Shown here piece by piece: positions 27,983 through 38,146 of a DNA stretch of 64,000 nucleotides; the first letter of the stretch is position 1, and every line of letters starts with the position of its first letter. The position numbers were made by a program, and so were the translations under genes. Origin of the DNA: a virus (lineage: Duplodnaviria > Caudoviricetes); IMG/VR virus record IMGVR_UViG_3300028549_000365, positions 32,001-96,000 of that record; one strand, 5' to 3'. The notes under the pieces were generated by a model, which was given only the letters and a program-made list of their open reading frames with translations, was not told the origin of the DNA and ran no database searches.

Positions 27983-30148
27983 ATGGCAGGACAAAAAAAA
28001 TTAATTGGTTCGCTATTATCTAGCTTACAATCAAACATTGGTAAAGATGGTCTAAACAATAGACAAGAGATAACAGCGTACACTATGTCGTCAGAATCAT
28101 TGGATCAAATTTCTAAAGATTCAGCTGTTGCATCTAGAGATCTTTTAGAAGCAACTATCGATAGAACTATCGGACTTTTAATAGGTACTGAAGAATTCAA
28201 AGGTGTTAAATTCTCTGTTGCACAATTAACTGCTGCTAAATCAATTGCTGCTTTAGCTATAGACCCACAAACAGGATTAAACTCGTTAAAAGCATTGAAA
28301 GACCCTAGTGTATCAGGTGATTCAATTAGCGTCAGCGCTGAGCAATTTGTAGGTGATACAATTATTGACGCATCTACACTTTCTGTTGAAACTTTTGATG
28401 GGCAAGCTGCATCTAATGCACTATACCTTTCAATTGCTACAACATTGCTATCTACTACTCAAGATACATTCGGAGAAGCATTCTGGCCAACAATGGTTAT
28501 TGACCCTATGGTTAGTGGTATTGCTATTGAAACTGAATTCACATCGTTGTTTACAACTTTCGAAAGAAGTAGATCAGGTACTCAAGATAAAAAGAAATTT
28601 AACAAACAATCACTTGTAAAAGTTATTTACGATAATGATCTTTTTACAGCTGATAGAAATAAAGTTGTTGTAGTTAAAGCTCCTGAAAATGAAAATTCAT
28701 TAATGGCTGGTTATACATATATTGATAAAACTGCTGGTGTCGAAATTGAAACTGCTCCATTACTATTCGGTAAAAATGTTTCTCTTTTAGGTCTTTCTCA
28801 AACTGATGCATTATTAGCTAAAGGTGTTATGGACGAAACTGATACATTAGATAGAACTATTAACCTTGACAGAGTATTCTATACATTATCACATGTAGAT
28901 AACGGTAACACTGTTAACGAAATATTTAGTTTTGATGCATCGTTGTTCCCATATAGTAACTTTACTTCTTCTGTACAACAACATGCGAAAGATTTCACAT
29001 TATCATTTGAAACTGAATCAGTTATCATTAACACATCTGCTACTAAAACTGTTTTAGGTGAAGTTTCTGGTGCTTTAGATGGTCTTGCTGATAACCATTC
29101 TATTAGATTAGAGTTCAAATTATCTGGTAAAGCTAACGCTGCATATGGTGATGTTGAAGTATTCGGAAATGCAATTAACTTAGTAGAAGTTATTGATGCT
29201 GCTGGTAATAAATTAGCTACTACAAGTGCTACTTATATCGCAATCAAAGCTGTTATTGATACTATTAAATTCGGTGGTTATACACTTGAAGCTTATAGAA
29301 CTAACAGTAACTTAAGAACTGCTGGAGATATGATTACATCTGATAGATACTCACAAGTTTATGCTGTACCACTTAGAACTGGTGTAACTGTTACTACTCC
29401 TATTAACAATGTTTTAGGAACAGATAACGATAGTAAATTAACTTCACAAATCCAAATGATTGGTATGAGAGTTAGTAAACACGCTGTTCAAGAACTTGTT
29501 AAAACTGCTGAAGTACTTAAAAGTGTTACAATCAGTGGAGTAAGCAATGTAGAACTTATGGGAATCGGAAGATTCTTCGTAGATACATTCTATCAAGAAT
29601 CATCAATTGATCTTGCTAACTATGTTGATAGTATCTCTTCTAACCAAAGAGCGGAAGATATTAAAGCAGCTCTAGTTAACAAAGTTAAAGATGAAGTTCT
29701 TAAAATGTACTTGCTTTCTAACTATGGTATTGCATTCGAAGCACTTAACCAAGGTTTAGGTAAAAAGATTACAGTTGTTATCGGTACTAACCCAAGATTA
29801 AGACAATACTTAACTGCAGGTGATGGTATCATCAACATCGGTGATGATTTTGAAGTTAAAGTAGTTAGTACACCTAACAAACTTATCTCTGATAAAATGT
29901 ATATCACTTTCTGTATCTTCGACGAAGATAGAAATGTTAAACCAAACCCACTTAACTTCGGTCAATGTGTATGGGCTCCAACAATTACTTATGATGTAAA
30001 CAGAACAGTTAACAACTCAACAGTAAGAGCTATTCATACTATGCCAAGATATGCACATATTCTTAACTTGCCAATTATGTCAGTTATCAATGTAAGCGAC
30101 ATCGAAGGTGTATTAGGAAAAGTAAAAGTTTATACTCACGAAGCATAA
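27983..30148 (+). CDS. Major capsid protein (phiKZ gp120-like)
   Basis: 721 aa with strongly biased codons and S-x-E processing sites (MSSES, LSVET). FGEAFWPTMVIDP and VVIGTNP motifs. Synteny DnaB - X - MCP - X - nvRNAP. Confidence 0.85.
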   Translation: MAGQKKLIGSLLSSLQSNIGKDGLNNRQEITAYTMSSESLDQISKDSAVASRDLLEATIDRTIGLLIGTEEFKGVKFSVAQLTAAKSIAALAIDPQTGLNSLKALKDPSVSGDSISVSAEQFVGDTIIDASTLSVETFDGQAASNALYLSIATTLLSTTQDTFGEAFWPTMVIDPMVSGIAIETEFTSLFTTFERSRSGTQDKKKFNKQSLVKVIYDNDLFTADRNKVVVVKAPENENSLMAGYTYIDKTAGVEIETAPLLFGKNVSLLGLSQTDALLAKGVMDETDTLDRTINLDRVFYTLSHVDNGNTVNEIFSFDASLFPYSNFTSSVQQHAKDFTLSFETESVIINTSATKTVLGEVSGALDGLADNHSIRLEFKLSGKANAAYGDVEVFGNAINLVEVIDAAGNKLATTSATYIAIKAVIDTIKFGGYTLEAYRTNSNLRTAGDMITSDRYSQVYAVPLRTGVTVTTPINNVLGTDNDSKLTSQIQMIGMRVSKHAVQELVKTAEVLKSVTISGVSNVELMGIGRFFVDTFYQESSIDLANYVDSISSNQRAEDIKAALVNKVKDEVLKMYLLSNYGIAFEALNQGLGKKITVVIGTNPRLRQYLTAGDGIINIGDDFEVKVVSTPNKLISDKMYITFCIFDEDRNVKPNPLNFGQCVWAPTITYDVNRTVNNSTVRAIHTMPRYAHILNLPIMSVINVSDIEGVLGKVKVYTHEA

Positions 30149-30177
30149 TCAAGATATCAACACATACGTTAAATAAG

Positions 30178-30213
30178 ATATACAGTACGCCACATGGCGT
30201 GCTGTATATTTTT
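30178..30213 (+). terminator. Intrinsic terminator after the capsid gene
   Basis: ATATACAGTACGCC-ACAT-GGCGTGCTGTATAT plus T-run. Confidence 0.75.
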
Positions 30214-30258
30214 ACTTGTTACGTTATACTGACTATTTTATATCTAATGTTATATAAG

Positions 30259-30276
30259 CATATATTATTAATGTAG
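30259..30276 (+). promoter_or_regulatory. Putative phage early promoter
   Basis: CAT-ATATTAT-TAATGT-AG. Confidence 0.6.
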
Positions 30277-30323
30277 TGAACTAAATGCGCAATAGTTCAT
30301 ATATAAATAATAAGGAATAAAAT

Positions 30324-31619
30324 ATGTACGCGATAATGAAGTATATTCTCAGCTCAGCTTCAGCTTTAGTACAAGAGAATACTAATAGTGATATAGTGTT
30401 TGAGGATAACACAGTTGGAGTAAGTTATAATGGAACACATATATCTAACTCTGTCATATACAATAACCCAGACTATAAGAAGTATATACTATCTAACATA
30501 GGCTTTGATGTTTGTACTATACATACATCTGGTATTGTTACTCCTGTAAGAGTGGCACCTAACTTACAGGGTTATAATGGTATGCAGAAGTTACTTAGTA
30601 TATTCAAAGGTAGAGCTAACGGAGTAGATGTTACTAAAGGTGTTCTAATAGTAGAACAGTACAGTATAGCTGGATCAACACATGATCAAAGTAAAAGTCT
30701 TATAGAGTACTACTTAGACAGTACTAATATCGATTACAATATAGACGTAGTAAATGATATAAGACAAGTTATTAAACAAAATGTGTCTAGAAAATCTAGT
30801 ATAAGTAAATGTAGTATTAGGATATGTCATTTCGTTCCAGAGTCAGAACTTAAAGAACATCATTGTGTTTACCACGAAGAATCAGATACTATGTTGCTAT
30901 ACGGTTTAATGGATAACAGTTATGTACATCCAAACAGTAGATTGTTTAAAGATAATAAAGAGAAACAACGTTTAGCTTCAGAAACCAATAACAACATAAT
31001 CGCTGTAGATATAGTTACTGATGATATAACTCAACCTTACTTTATTAAGTTTGGTAATGAAGTTATTAAATTATTACCTAGTAAAAATAGTAATATTGAT
31101 AATGGTGTTAATGTTAAACTTAAACGTAATGGAGTTATAGTTAGTGACACTCATACTGATATTAAAAGTATAGAAAACTTAGGTATTTATAAAAGTGTTG
31201 AACAATGTGAGACAGAGGGAGATGTTAAACTTAAACTTGAAAATGATAAGTTAGAACATGAGAAAGAAAAGTTAGAGTATTCTAAGCTTAAATTAGAAAG
31301 TGACATACAAAGTATTAAAGTTGAAAACGAATTAATACTTAAGAAGTATGAACATGAAATCTATATGTATGATATAAAAGTGCAGTTAGGTAATATGGAT
31401 CTAAATAAGAAATTACTAGATCACGAGTTAGATATATCTACTAAGCTGTTAGGTATTAAAATAGATACACATAAAGCTATTGCTGACATAAATATTAGAC
31501 TACAAAAACATAGTTTAGATATGGAGAAAGCTGATGCTGATAACTATAGAGACCGAGCTGATTTCGTTATGAAAATGACAAGCAATGCGCTTACGTTAGG
31601 CAAACAAATTTTTAAATAA
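30324..31619 (+). CDS. Conserved hypothetical protein with C-terminal coiled coil
   Basis: AAGGA RBS. EK/LE-rich heptads near the C-terminus. Confidence 0.65.
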   Translation: MYAIMKYILSSASALVQENTNSDIVFEDNTVGVSYNGTHISNSVIYNNPDYKKYILSNIGFDVCTIHTSGIVTPVRVAPNLQGYNGMQKLLSIFKGRANGVDVTKGVLIVEQYSIAGSTHDQSKSLIEYYLDSTNIDYNIDVVNDIRQVIKQNVSRKSSISKCSIRICHFVPESELKEHHCVYHEESDTMLLYGLMDNSYVHPNSRLFKDNKEKQRLASETNNNIIAVDIVTDDITQPYFIKFGNEVIKLLPSKNSNIDNGVNVKLKRNGVIVSDTHTDIKSIENLGIYKSVEQCETEGDVKLKLENDKLEHEKEKLEYSKLKLESDIQSIKVENELILKKYEHEIYMYDIKVQLGNMDLNKKLLDHELDISTKLLGIKIDTHKAIADINIRLQKHSLDMEKADADNYRDRADFVMKMTSNALTLGKQIFK

Positions 31620-31628
31620 GGATAAATA

Positions 31629-33335
31629 ATGAATAATACACTATACCAAATAATGGTAAACAACACACCAAAGTTCAATAAGGATGTAACAGAGGGTACA
31701 GCTAAAGGTATATTCGAGACAGTTCCTGAGTATATAAACGACAGAATAATATCTGGTATGTTGGCGTTATCACCTAGTGTTGATATGAAATACTTAGGTC
31801 TTAGATATGTAACTCCTAAAGAGGAAGTTACTAAGATAGTGTTTAATAACATCAATAGTGTTCTATACGATATAGCTAAGAATGATATCTATCTAGTTGA
31901 ATTAAAATTCACTTACCAAGGTAAACCGTTCTCTAGATATTTATATTTACCTTACTCTGAACCAGGTAACTTAATAACATTCTCAGATACATTGTATCAT
32001 ATTCTACCTGTATTATCAGATAGTGTGATAACACCATCTTATAACGAAGTATTCGTAAGGTTATTAAAAGCTAAGTTATCGTTTACTTCTACGATTAAAA
32101 ACTTTATAGTAGATGGTGTAACTGTACCAGGTGAAGTTATAAATTCACAGATACTTCGCGTTAATGAAGCACAGATCGTCGATAACATAGGTAAACCACT
32201 TGTGAGTACTAGTTTGTACCTTACAAGTAATGTAGGGCTTGTAGAGGCTTACAGGCGCTATGGTGGTATAGATAGTGTAATAGTTACTAATGGTGACGTA
32301 ACTGATTACAGAGTTGACTATGTTGTCTACGAGAGTACACGTATTAGACCTAAGAGTCTTAAAGAGTTTGGTTACAGCCCACACGATCTAAAAATATGTG
32401 TAAAACGTTCTGAAATAAAAAGTAGATCATTTATAGATAACTTTACATATGGTCTTATATACATACTAGATATGTTTCCAGAGTCAGCTGTCGACTTAGA
32501 AAATATATTGTATGCTAAGAATGTTAACTTAGAAATAAAGCTATGGAAAATACTTTTAGGTAGAGTTAGCTATAAAAATAGTTTCTCTGTAGATAGAATG
32601 TATGGTGATGTTGAAGAACATTTTATAGCATTAAGTGGGTACGTAGATGAACATATTAAAAGTAAGTTATCTGTAAATAGTAAAGGTATAAATGACTTCT
32701 TCGATATGCTAGCTATGATACTTGATAAGTATAACGCTTGGACGTTAAATAGCCGAGAGTATAACAGTAGTATAGAAAACAGATATATAGATATATTGTA
32801 TTATATACTATATGACATAATTGTTGGTTTTAATAGAGTTATACTTAGTATAAATAAAAGAGCTAGTAAGAAAGCTATACTTGTAGAAAAAGAGATTATT
32901 AAAATAATGAATAATGAGCTTAGTCCTAAAACTATACTCAACCTTACTCGTTCTTCAAGTCTTAACTTAGCTATTTCTGCGTGTGACTATAGCTCTGATA
33001 TTAAATATCCTAAGATAACTTCTGTACTAGAAGACCAGTCGCGTGGCCAAGGTGCTAGACGAGGTGGGAAAAATCAATTACCAGAAGCAGCTAAAACACT
33101 TAAGGGTGGAGATTTAGGTTTTGGTTCATTACTATTCCTAGGTAAGCAAACTCCTAGTCCTAGATTTAAACTTAACTTATTTCTTAACTATAATGTAGAT
33201 ACAGGTAGAATTAACCATCCTAGCGATCTAGAGCGTAGGTTGAAAAAGCTTAACAACTTACTTGTAGGAAGGCAAAGTGAGAACACTAATATCTTAGAAA
33301 GCGAATTAACAAGTATTGATAACGCCGTAGAATAA
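31629..33335 (+). CDS. Non-virion RNA polymerase beta subunit, N-terminal part (phiKZ gp123-like)
   Basis: TPKFNKDVTEG start, LYLPYSEPGNL, YHILPVLSD and KYPKITS motifs as recalled for gp123-like proteins, and synteny downstream of the MCP. Confidence 0.7.
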   Translation: MNNTLYQIMVNNTPKFNKDVTEGTAKGIFETVPEYINDRIISGMLALSPSVDMKYLGLRYVTPKEEVTKIVFNNINSVLYDIAKNDIYLVELKFTYQGKPFSRYLYLPYSEPGNLITFSDTLYHILPVLSDSVITPSYNEVFVRLLKAKLSFTSTIKNFIVDGVTVPGEVINSQILRVNEAQIVDNIGKPLVSTSLYLTSNVGLVEAYRRYGGIDSVIVTNGDVTDYRVDYVVYESTRIRPKSLKEFGYSPHDLKICVKRSEIKSRSFIDNFTYGLIYILDMFPESAVDLENILYAKNVNLEIKLWKILLGRVSYKNSFSVDRMYGDVEEHFIALSGYVDEHIKSKLSVNSKGINDFFDMLAMILDKYNAWTLNSREYNSSIENRYIDILYYILYDIIVGFNRVILSINKRASKKAILVEKEIIKIMNNELSPKTILNLTRSSSLNLAISACDYSSDIKYPKITSVLEDQSRGQGARRGGKNQLPEAAKTLKGGDLGFGSLLFLGKQTPSPRFKLNLFLNYNVDTGRINHPSDLERRLKKLNNLLVGRQSENTNILESELTSIDNAVE

Positions 33336-33341
33336 AATATA

Positions 33342-33367
33342 GGTTATACATCCAAAGATGTATAATC
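33342..33367 (+). terminator. Hairpin after the nvRNAP subunit gene
   Basis: GGTTATACATC-CAAA-GATGTATAATC. Confidence 0.55.
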
Positions 33368-33384
33368 ACATATTATTTAGATAG
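33367..33384 (+). promoter_or_regulatory. Putative phage early promoter
   Basis: CAC-ATATTAT-TTAGAT-AG. Confidence 0.6.
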
Positions 33385-33462
33385 GTGTGTACTACGCCTT
33401 AAGTGTTTAACACAAGTAACATATATCTTTGGCCAAAGATCTAAATTAAACAAGGAGAATAG

Positions 33463-34935
33463 ATGAATGAAGAACAACAAATGGTGCAAGCACAAATAAC
33501 ATATAGTGCACAACTTAACGAACTAAACGGTTATTTAATAAACCCTAATCTCGATATGAACACTAGAGCTACATTAGTAGCACAACGAGACGGGATACAA
33601 AATATGTTAGCTGGTGTTAATGCTAATTTAAATAGCTTACGTACTAGAGCAGGCGGTGGTCAATTTCCACAAAAACATCCGTTTTATGCACAACAAAACC
33701 AACCTCAGACGCAACCGCAACAATATGTACAACCGCAGTATGTTCAACAACCGCAACAATATGTACAACCGCAGTATGTTCAACAACCACAATACTTGCA
33801 ACAACCGCAACAATATGTACAACCGCAGTACAATAATAACGTATATGGTTACCAGACTACAGTTCCAGCTATAGAGAGTACACTTAACTCTAATAGTAAA
33901 TATGATGCACCTAGACAATCCAAGTTACCTCAAGTGGAAAGTCGTGTTTATCAACCACAAGTTGTAGTTGAGAAGCCAATGATACCAAGCAAGCCGTTAG
34001 AAGGCCATGAGTTCGAACCGCTTACGTATTTAGGTTGCACAGTAGAAAAAGAAGACACAGGTGGGAATTACCACAAATTTATAATAAAAGGACGAGCGAT
34101 GGATATGGGAAATTTTGAAATACTAGAGTTAAACGCTGATGAAACAGTTGTTTGTGAATTGATAAGAGCTGATGTTAATAACACACCTATCTACAACGGT
34201 TTAAAAGCTATGGGATATAGTTATAAAGCTGGTATTATTGTTAACGACGTTATTGAACAATATGAAGTACTTGTAGAGAAAGAAGTAGCAACTGAGTTCA
34301 TAAGTAAACTGTTTACACATAACACAACTATAGGTCATCTTGTTAACAAGCTGGTCGAGATAAAATTTGATACTGATAACACAAGTAACACATTAACACA
34401 AAAAGTTGTTAACACGATAATCGGAGATATTACTAAAAGAATAAATGACATATTAAAACATGTTGTCGGTAGTACACTATGCATAGACAGTGTTATGACA
34501 GATTTCAAAGAGCTTATGGAATTTGTTAACGATTTAGATGTTGTTACTAAAAACAATATTATGGAAAACTTAACATCATTAGTTAAAACAGAATTAGATG
34601 GTTATGGTGAATCTAAAATAGGTTCTCCTTTAGGAGTTATAAATAATGAGCACGTTAAAACACTTGTTATAGCTGAACAATCAACTGTTATATTTGTTAA
34701 CAATCCACTTGTTTCAAGTAGTATTATAGGTAGAGTTAATGAAGCTGGTACTGTTAAAGTTAGTAAGCAAGATCTTAAAGAATTGTTTACTGTGTTTGAA
34801 ACAGTACGAACAGGTAATAAATATATATTCGCAGAGACAAACCATGCTAAAATATTACTAGATACGTCTAGTGCTGTTTATGAGTTATGGTATAATCCTG
34901 TAAGAGAATACTATACTATTACAAATAAAAAGTAA
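33463..34935 (+). CDS. Hypothetical protein with Q/P/Y-rich low-complexity N-terminal region
   Basis: AAGGAG RBS and PQQYVQPQYV repeats. Confidence 0.65.
   Translation: MNEEQQMVQAQITYSAQLNELNGYLINPNLDMNTRATLVAQRDGIQNMLAGVNANLNSLRTRAGGGQFPQKHPFYAQQNQPQTQPQQYVQPQYVQQPQQYVQPQYVQQPQYLQQPQQYVQPQYNNNVYGYQTTVPAIESTLNSNSKYDAPRQSKLPQVESRVYQPQVVVEKPMIPSKPLEGHEFEPLTYLGCTVEKEDTGGNYHKFIIKGRAMDMGNFEILELNADETVVCELIRADVNNTPIYNGLKAMGYSYKAGIIVNDVIEQYEVLVEKEVATEFISKLFTHNTTIGHLVNKLVEIKFDTDNTSNTLTQKVVNTIIGDITKRINDILKHVVGSTLCIDSVMTDFKELMEFVNDLDVVTKNNIMENLTSLVKTELDGYGESKIGSPLGVINNEHVKTLVIAEQSTVIFVNNPLVSSSIIGRVNEAGTVKVSKQDLKELFTVFETVRTGNKYIFAETNHAKILLDTSSAVYELWYNPVREYYTITNKK
33712..33831 (+). repeat. Coding tandem repeat (36-bp unit, about 3 copies plus an 18-bp partial)
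   Basis: caacaaccgcaacaatatgtacaaccgcagtatgtt units encoding QQPQQYVQPQYV. Confidence 0.9.
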
Positions 34936-34938
34936 CTA

Positions 34939-34966
34939 GATAAGTAGTGGGTTACCACTACTTATC
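34939..34966. terminator. Bidirectional terminator
   Basis: 12-bp stem GATAAGTAGTGG / CCACTACTTATC with loop GTTA. Confidence 0.7.
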
Positions 34967-35705
34967 ATTGTTTTCTTTTTTAGCTTTCTCTTCTTCTTCT
35001 TTCTTTTTCTTAGCTGCTAACTCTTCTGGAGTAAGATTCTCTTCCTCTTCTTTTTTCTTTTTAGCTTCTAGTTCTTCTGGCGTTAAATCTTCATCATTAA
35101 CTTGCTCTTCTTTAGGCTCTTCTTCAGTAGGCTCAGGTTCTTCAGTTAAAGGAACTTCATCATCCTTTACATCTACATCTACAGTAACATTATCCTCTAG
35201 ATCATCATCAAATGTTTCTACAGTGTCTTCTTCTAATTCATCTGATTCAGACACAATAGGTTCATTATCCTCTAGATCGTCATCGAACGTCTCTACAGGC
35301 TCTTCTTCCTCTTCTGGTAATTCATCAGTAGGTTCAACATCTTCTTCGTTTACATCAGTAGTTATGTCTTTATCTACATTTGTACCGTCGGTGTTTTCTA
35401 AGTCTACATCAGGTTCTTCTACACCACCTTCATCTATATCAGTAACTACTTCATCGTCACCTTCAGGTATGTCTATGTTCTCGTTTTCACCTATATTATC
35501 AGTAGGTGTTTCCTCTACTTCACCTGTTGGGTCTTCACCAGTGACTCCTAAATCATCACCTAAACCACCACCGTCTAAATCTCCTTCAGGTGTCCCCGTA
35601 GCTCCACCTAGACCATCATCAATAGGATCGCCTTCTACACCACCTGTGCCATCATCATCAAATGTTTCCTCAGCACCAGGTTGTTCTTCTCCTAAACCTT
35701 CTGAT
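34958..35705 (-). repeat. Acidic low-complexity tail with internal duplications
   Basis: ETFDDD three times, VETFDDDLEDN twice and LTPEEL(E/A)AKKKKEEEE twice. Confidence 0.8.
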
Positions 35706-38113
35706 AATCTTTCATCATTAACTTCTTGGAACTTTTTATTCTTTTTAACAAAAGGTAATATAACTTTAGATAGACTCTCTACGTAATCGTTATATTCATC
35801 TAGTATGTTAAACTTAGGTTTACCTTCGTTGTCCAATGTTAAGAAATCACTCATCTCAGGTATGAAGTTGTTATCAGTCATCCAGTTTTTTACAAGTATG
35901 GTTTTCATAACAGACTTAACTGTATCCATTTTACTACTCATTTCTCCTAGGAAATCTTGTGGTAATGCTGTAGATGAAAGTACGTTGTCTAACCATAGGT
36001 CTAAAGAACTCATAAATGTGTTTAATGACTCTTGCATATTAGCGGTCTCTTGCATCTCTGGTCTAGGTAATTCAATAGCTATATTTCTAGAGTATAACTC
36101 AACTACATAATCAGCTAACTTAGCTTTACTTTTTAACGTTGGTATAGTGTCTACATCAGCACCAAAGTCTTTACGTAACATCTTTTTAATAGACGCAGCG
36201 TTAGCTAAAGCTATATCTCTTATGATAGTTTGTAAATTAGGGTCGTTTATAATAAGTTTTCTAATATGATTACTTAGCATAACTGTAAACTGATCTTGTA
36301 ACTGTATAACTCTTTTAGCTAATAAGATGTTCTTACTAATAACAGTAGTAGCGAATTCAGGATCATATCCACTTCTGACTAATTCCTTTGTAAGACCAAA
36401 TGACATTATTATAAACTCTTGTATCTTCTCGTCTAAGATATCATCAGGAACTATCTTATTAGTATTTACATCAGCTATATTAATTTGCATATCAGGTAAC
36501 GATGGATGTTTGAAATTGTATTTAAACCCAACCTTTTGACTCCATTCAACTAGGTCATTAATGTTAGTCACACCTATAGGTAACTGTGTTTGTCTAGTTT
36601 TTAATGTTTCAGCTATGATTTTTTCCATAGTTGCTTCTGGGTCTGGATCGTTCTCATCTAGAACAGCACTTACCTCAGTAGTAGTAACTGAGTTTTTAAG
36701 AGTACCCATGATATTACTAAATAATATAATACTTCTTATACTGAATAGCATTGCTACTTTTTCTAAATATGATCTACCTGTACCATTTTCTCTATAGTCA
36801 AATGCGTAATACATTAACATATCTTTAGGTACATATATCATTCTAGTTTGTTTTTCAGCTAACGCTCTACTAAACATAACTCTATATAAATCAGTATCAT
36901 TAGCTACTTCAGCTAACTCGCCGTATTTGCTACTTTTTAATTTAGATTGTATAGCTTGTTCTATTATCTTAGTGTAGAGTTCTTCTAGATTCTCTAGTGT
37001 GGGGTCTTTCTTAGTGATACCAACTAATGCTGTCTTTGCTTTATTTATTAAAGATGTCTTATTGTCCATAGCGTATACTTGTTCTAGATTAAACCCAGAG
37101 TTGCCTCTAGTGTTAGTTAAACTATCTCCAGTTATAGGAGTTCCGTTAAAGTCTACTAAAATAAAATAACCTAGGTGTCTAGTTGGATCATTAACTACAT
37201 GCACTGGTATTACTGACTCAGTAGTTAACTTCATAATTAACGGTTTACCTACGGCGACAGTGTTATTATCGTTAGCTAGATTTACTACAGCATAATTTTT
37301 ATCTGTATTCTTATTAAACATCTTTTGTAACTTACGATCTTCTGTACTTACATCGAAATCAACTTCTTTGTTATATACGTTTGATCTTATATTACGTTCG
37401 ACTATATTTAAAAAGTTTTCGGCTGCAAATAACACACTTACATCATCTGATATATCAACAACTTTATTAAAAGTTTCAGTATCAAAGTCAGTTATAGCTA
37501 ACTTATCTATAGGTTCGTCATTTGTTACTAAATTCTCTATAGATAACGTGATAAGAGTTTTATTTACTTTATTGTCTGTTTTGAATATACCTAAACTACC
37601 TTTACTCACAGTTGGGTTAGTAAAACTTTCTAATGTTAAGTCTATTTTATTATCTATATTAACAACTTCATTAATCTTATTCTCAGGTATAATTGCTTCT
37701 ATGTATGTGCCTTTTGTAAATAAAGATTCTCTTAATATAGTCATAAGTTTATCTTCTAATTTATAGTTTTTATCTACATATTTTTTAACAGCTGTTAGTA
37801 TGTTGTTGTTCACTTCGTTAGGCATATCTATATTATCTATTTTGTATGTTACATTAGTGCTTAACATATCGTTAGGGGCTAATATACTAGATGTTAATAT
37901 TTGTATGCTTAATTCAACATCTGGAAACAACTCTACTATAGATTCATTGTTTTTTATTCTATCGTTAATAGACGACGATAATGCTTGTAGATTATTAGCT
38001 GAAATATCTACCTTTCTTCTATTATTATCGTGAGTAGGAAGTTTATTGATAATAGCATCAATATTCGGGTTACCTTTTATTGATTTAGGTAATTTTGGTA
38101 TAGTTCTGTCCAT
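34958..38113 (-). CDS. Putative portal protein (phiKZ gp129-like) with long acidic tail
   Basis: FPDVELSIQILTSSILAP, ESVIPVH...LGYFILVD and S-x-E processing sites. Divergent arrangement with a large structural gene. Confidence 0.6.
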   Translation of the reverse strand: MDRTIPKLPKSIKGNPNIDAIINKLPTHDNNRRKVDISANNLQALSSSINDRIKNNESIVELFPDVELSIQILTSSILAPNDMLSTNVTYKIDNIDMPNEVNNNILTAVKKYVDKNYKLEDKLMTILRESLFTKGTYIEAIIPENKINEVVNIDNKIDLTLESFTNPTVSKGSLGIFKTDNKVNKTLITLSIENLVTNDEPIDKLAITDFDTETFNKVVDISDDVSVLFAAENFLNIVERNIRSNVYNKEVDFDVSTEDRKLQKMFNKNTDKNYAVVNLANDNNTVAVGKPLIMKLTTESVIPVHVVNDPTRHLGYFILVDFNGTPITGDSLTNTRGNSGFNLEQVYAMDNKTSLINKAKTALVGITKKDPTLENLEELYTKIIEQAIQSKLKSSKYGELAEVANDTDLYRVMFSRALAEKQTRMIYVPKDMLMYYAFDYRENGTGRSYLEKVAMLFSIRSIILFSNIMGTLKNSVTTTEVSAVLDENDPDPEATMEKIIAETLKTRQTQLPIGVTNINDLVEWSQKVGFKYNFKHPSLPDMQINIADVNTNKIVPDDILDEKIQEFIIMSFGLTKELVRSGYDPEFATTVISKNILLAKRVIQLQDQFTVMLSNHIRKLIINDPNLQTIIRDIALANAASIKKMLRKDFGADVDTIPTLKSKAKLADYVVELYSRNIAIELPRPEMQETANMQESLNTFMSSLDLWLDNVLSSTALPQDFLGEMSSKMDTVKSVMKTILVKNWMTDNNFIPEMSDFLTLDNEGKPKFNILDEYNDYVESLSKVILPFVKKNKKFQEVNDERLSEGLGEEQPGAEETFDDDGTGGVEGDPIDDGLGGATGTPEGDLDGGGLGDDLGVTGEDPTGEVEETPTDNIGENENIDIPEGDDEVVTDIDEGGVEEPDVDLENTDGTNVDKDITTDVNEEDVEPTDELPEEEEEPVETFDDDLEDNEPIVSESDELEEDTVETFDDDLEDNVTVDVDVKDDEVPLTEEPEPTEEEPKEEQVNDEDLTPEELEAKKKKEEEENLTPEELAAKKKKEEEEKAKKENNDK

Positions 38114-38146
38114 GAGTGCCCTTTATATTTAGATAAGGAAATAAAA

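Noticed and set aside
33712-33831. Short direct repeats as a possible CRISPR array
   Set aside because: The repeats are adjacent with no unique spacers and are in frame within a protein.
34947-35786. 279-aa Ser-rich plus-strand ORF
   Set aside because: It is the mirror of the acidic GAA/GAT-rich tail on the minus strand.
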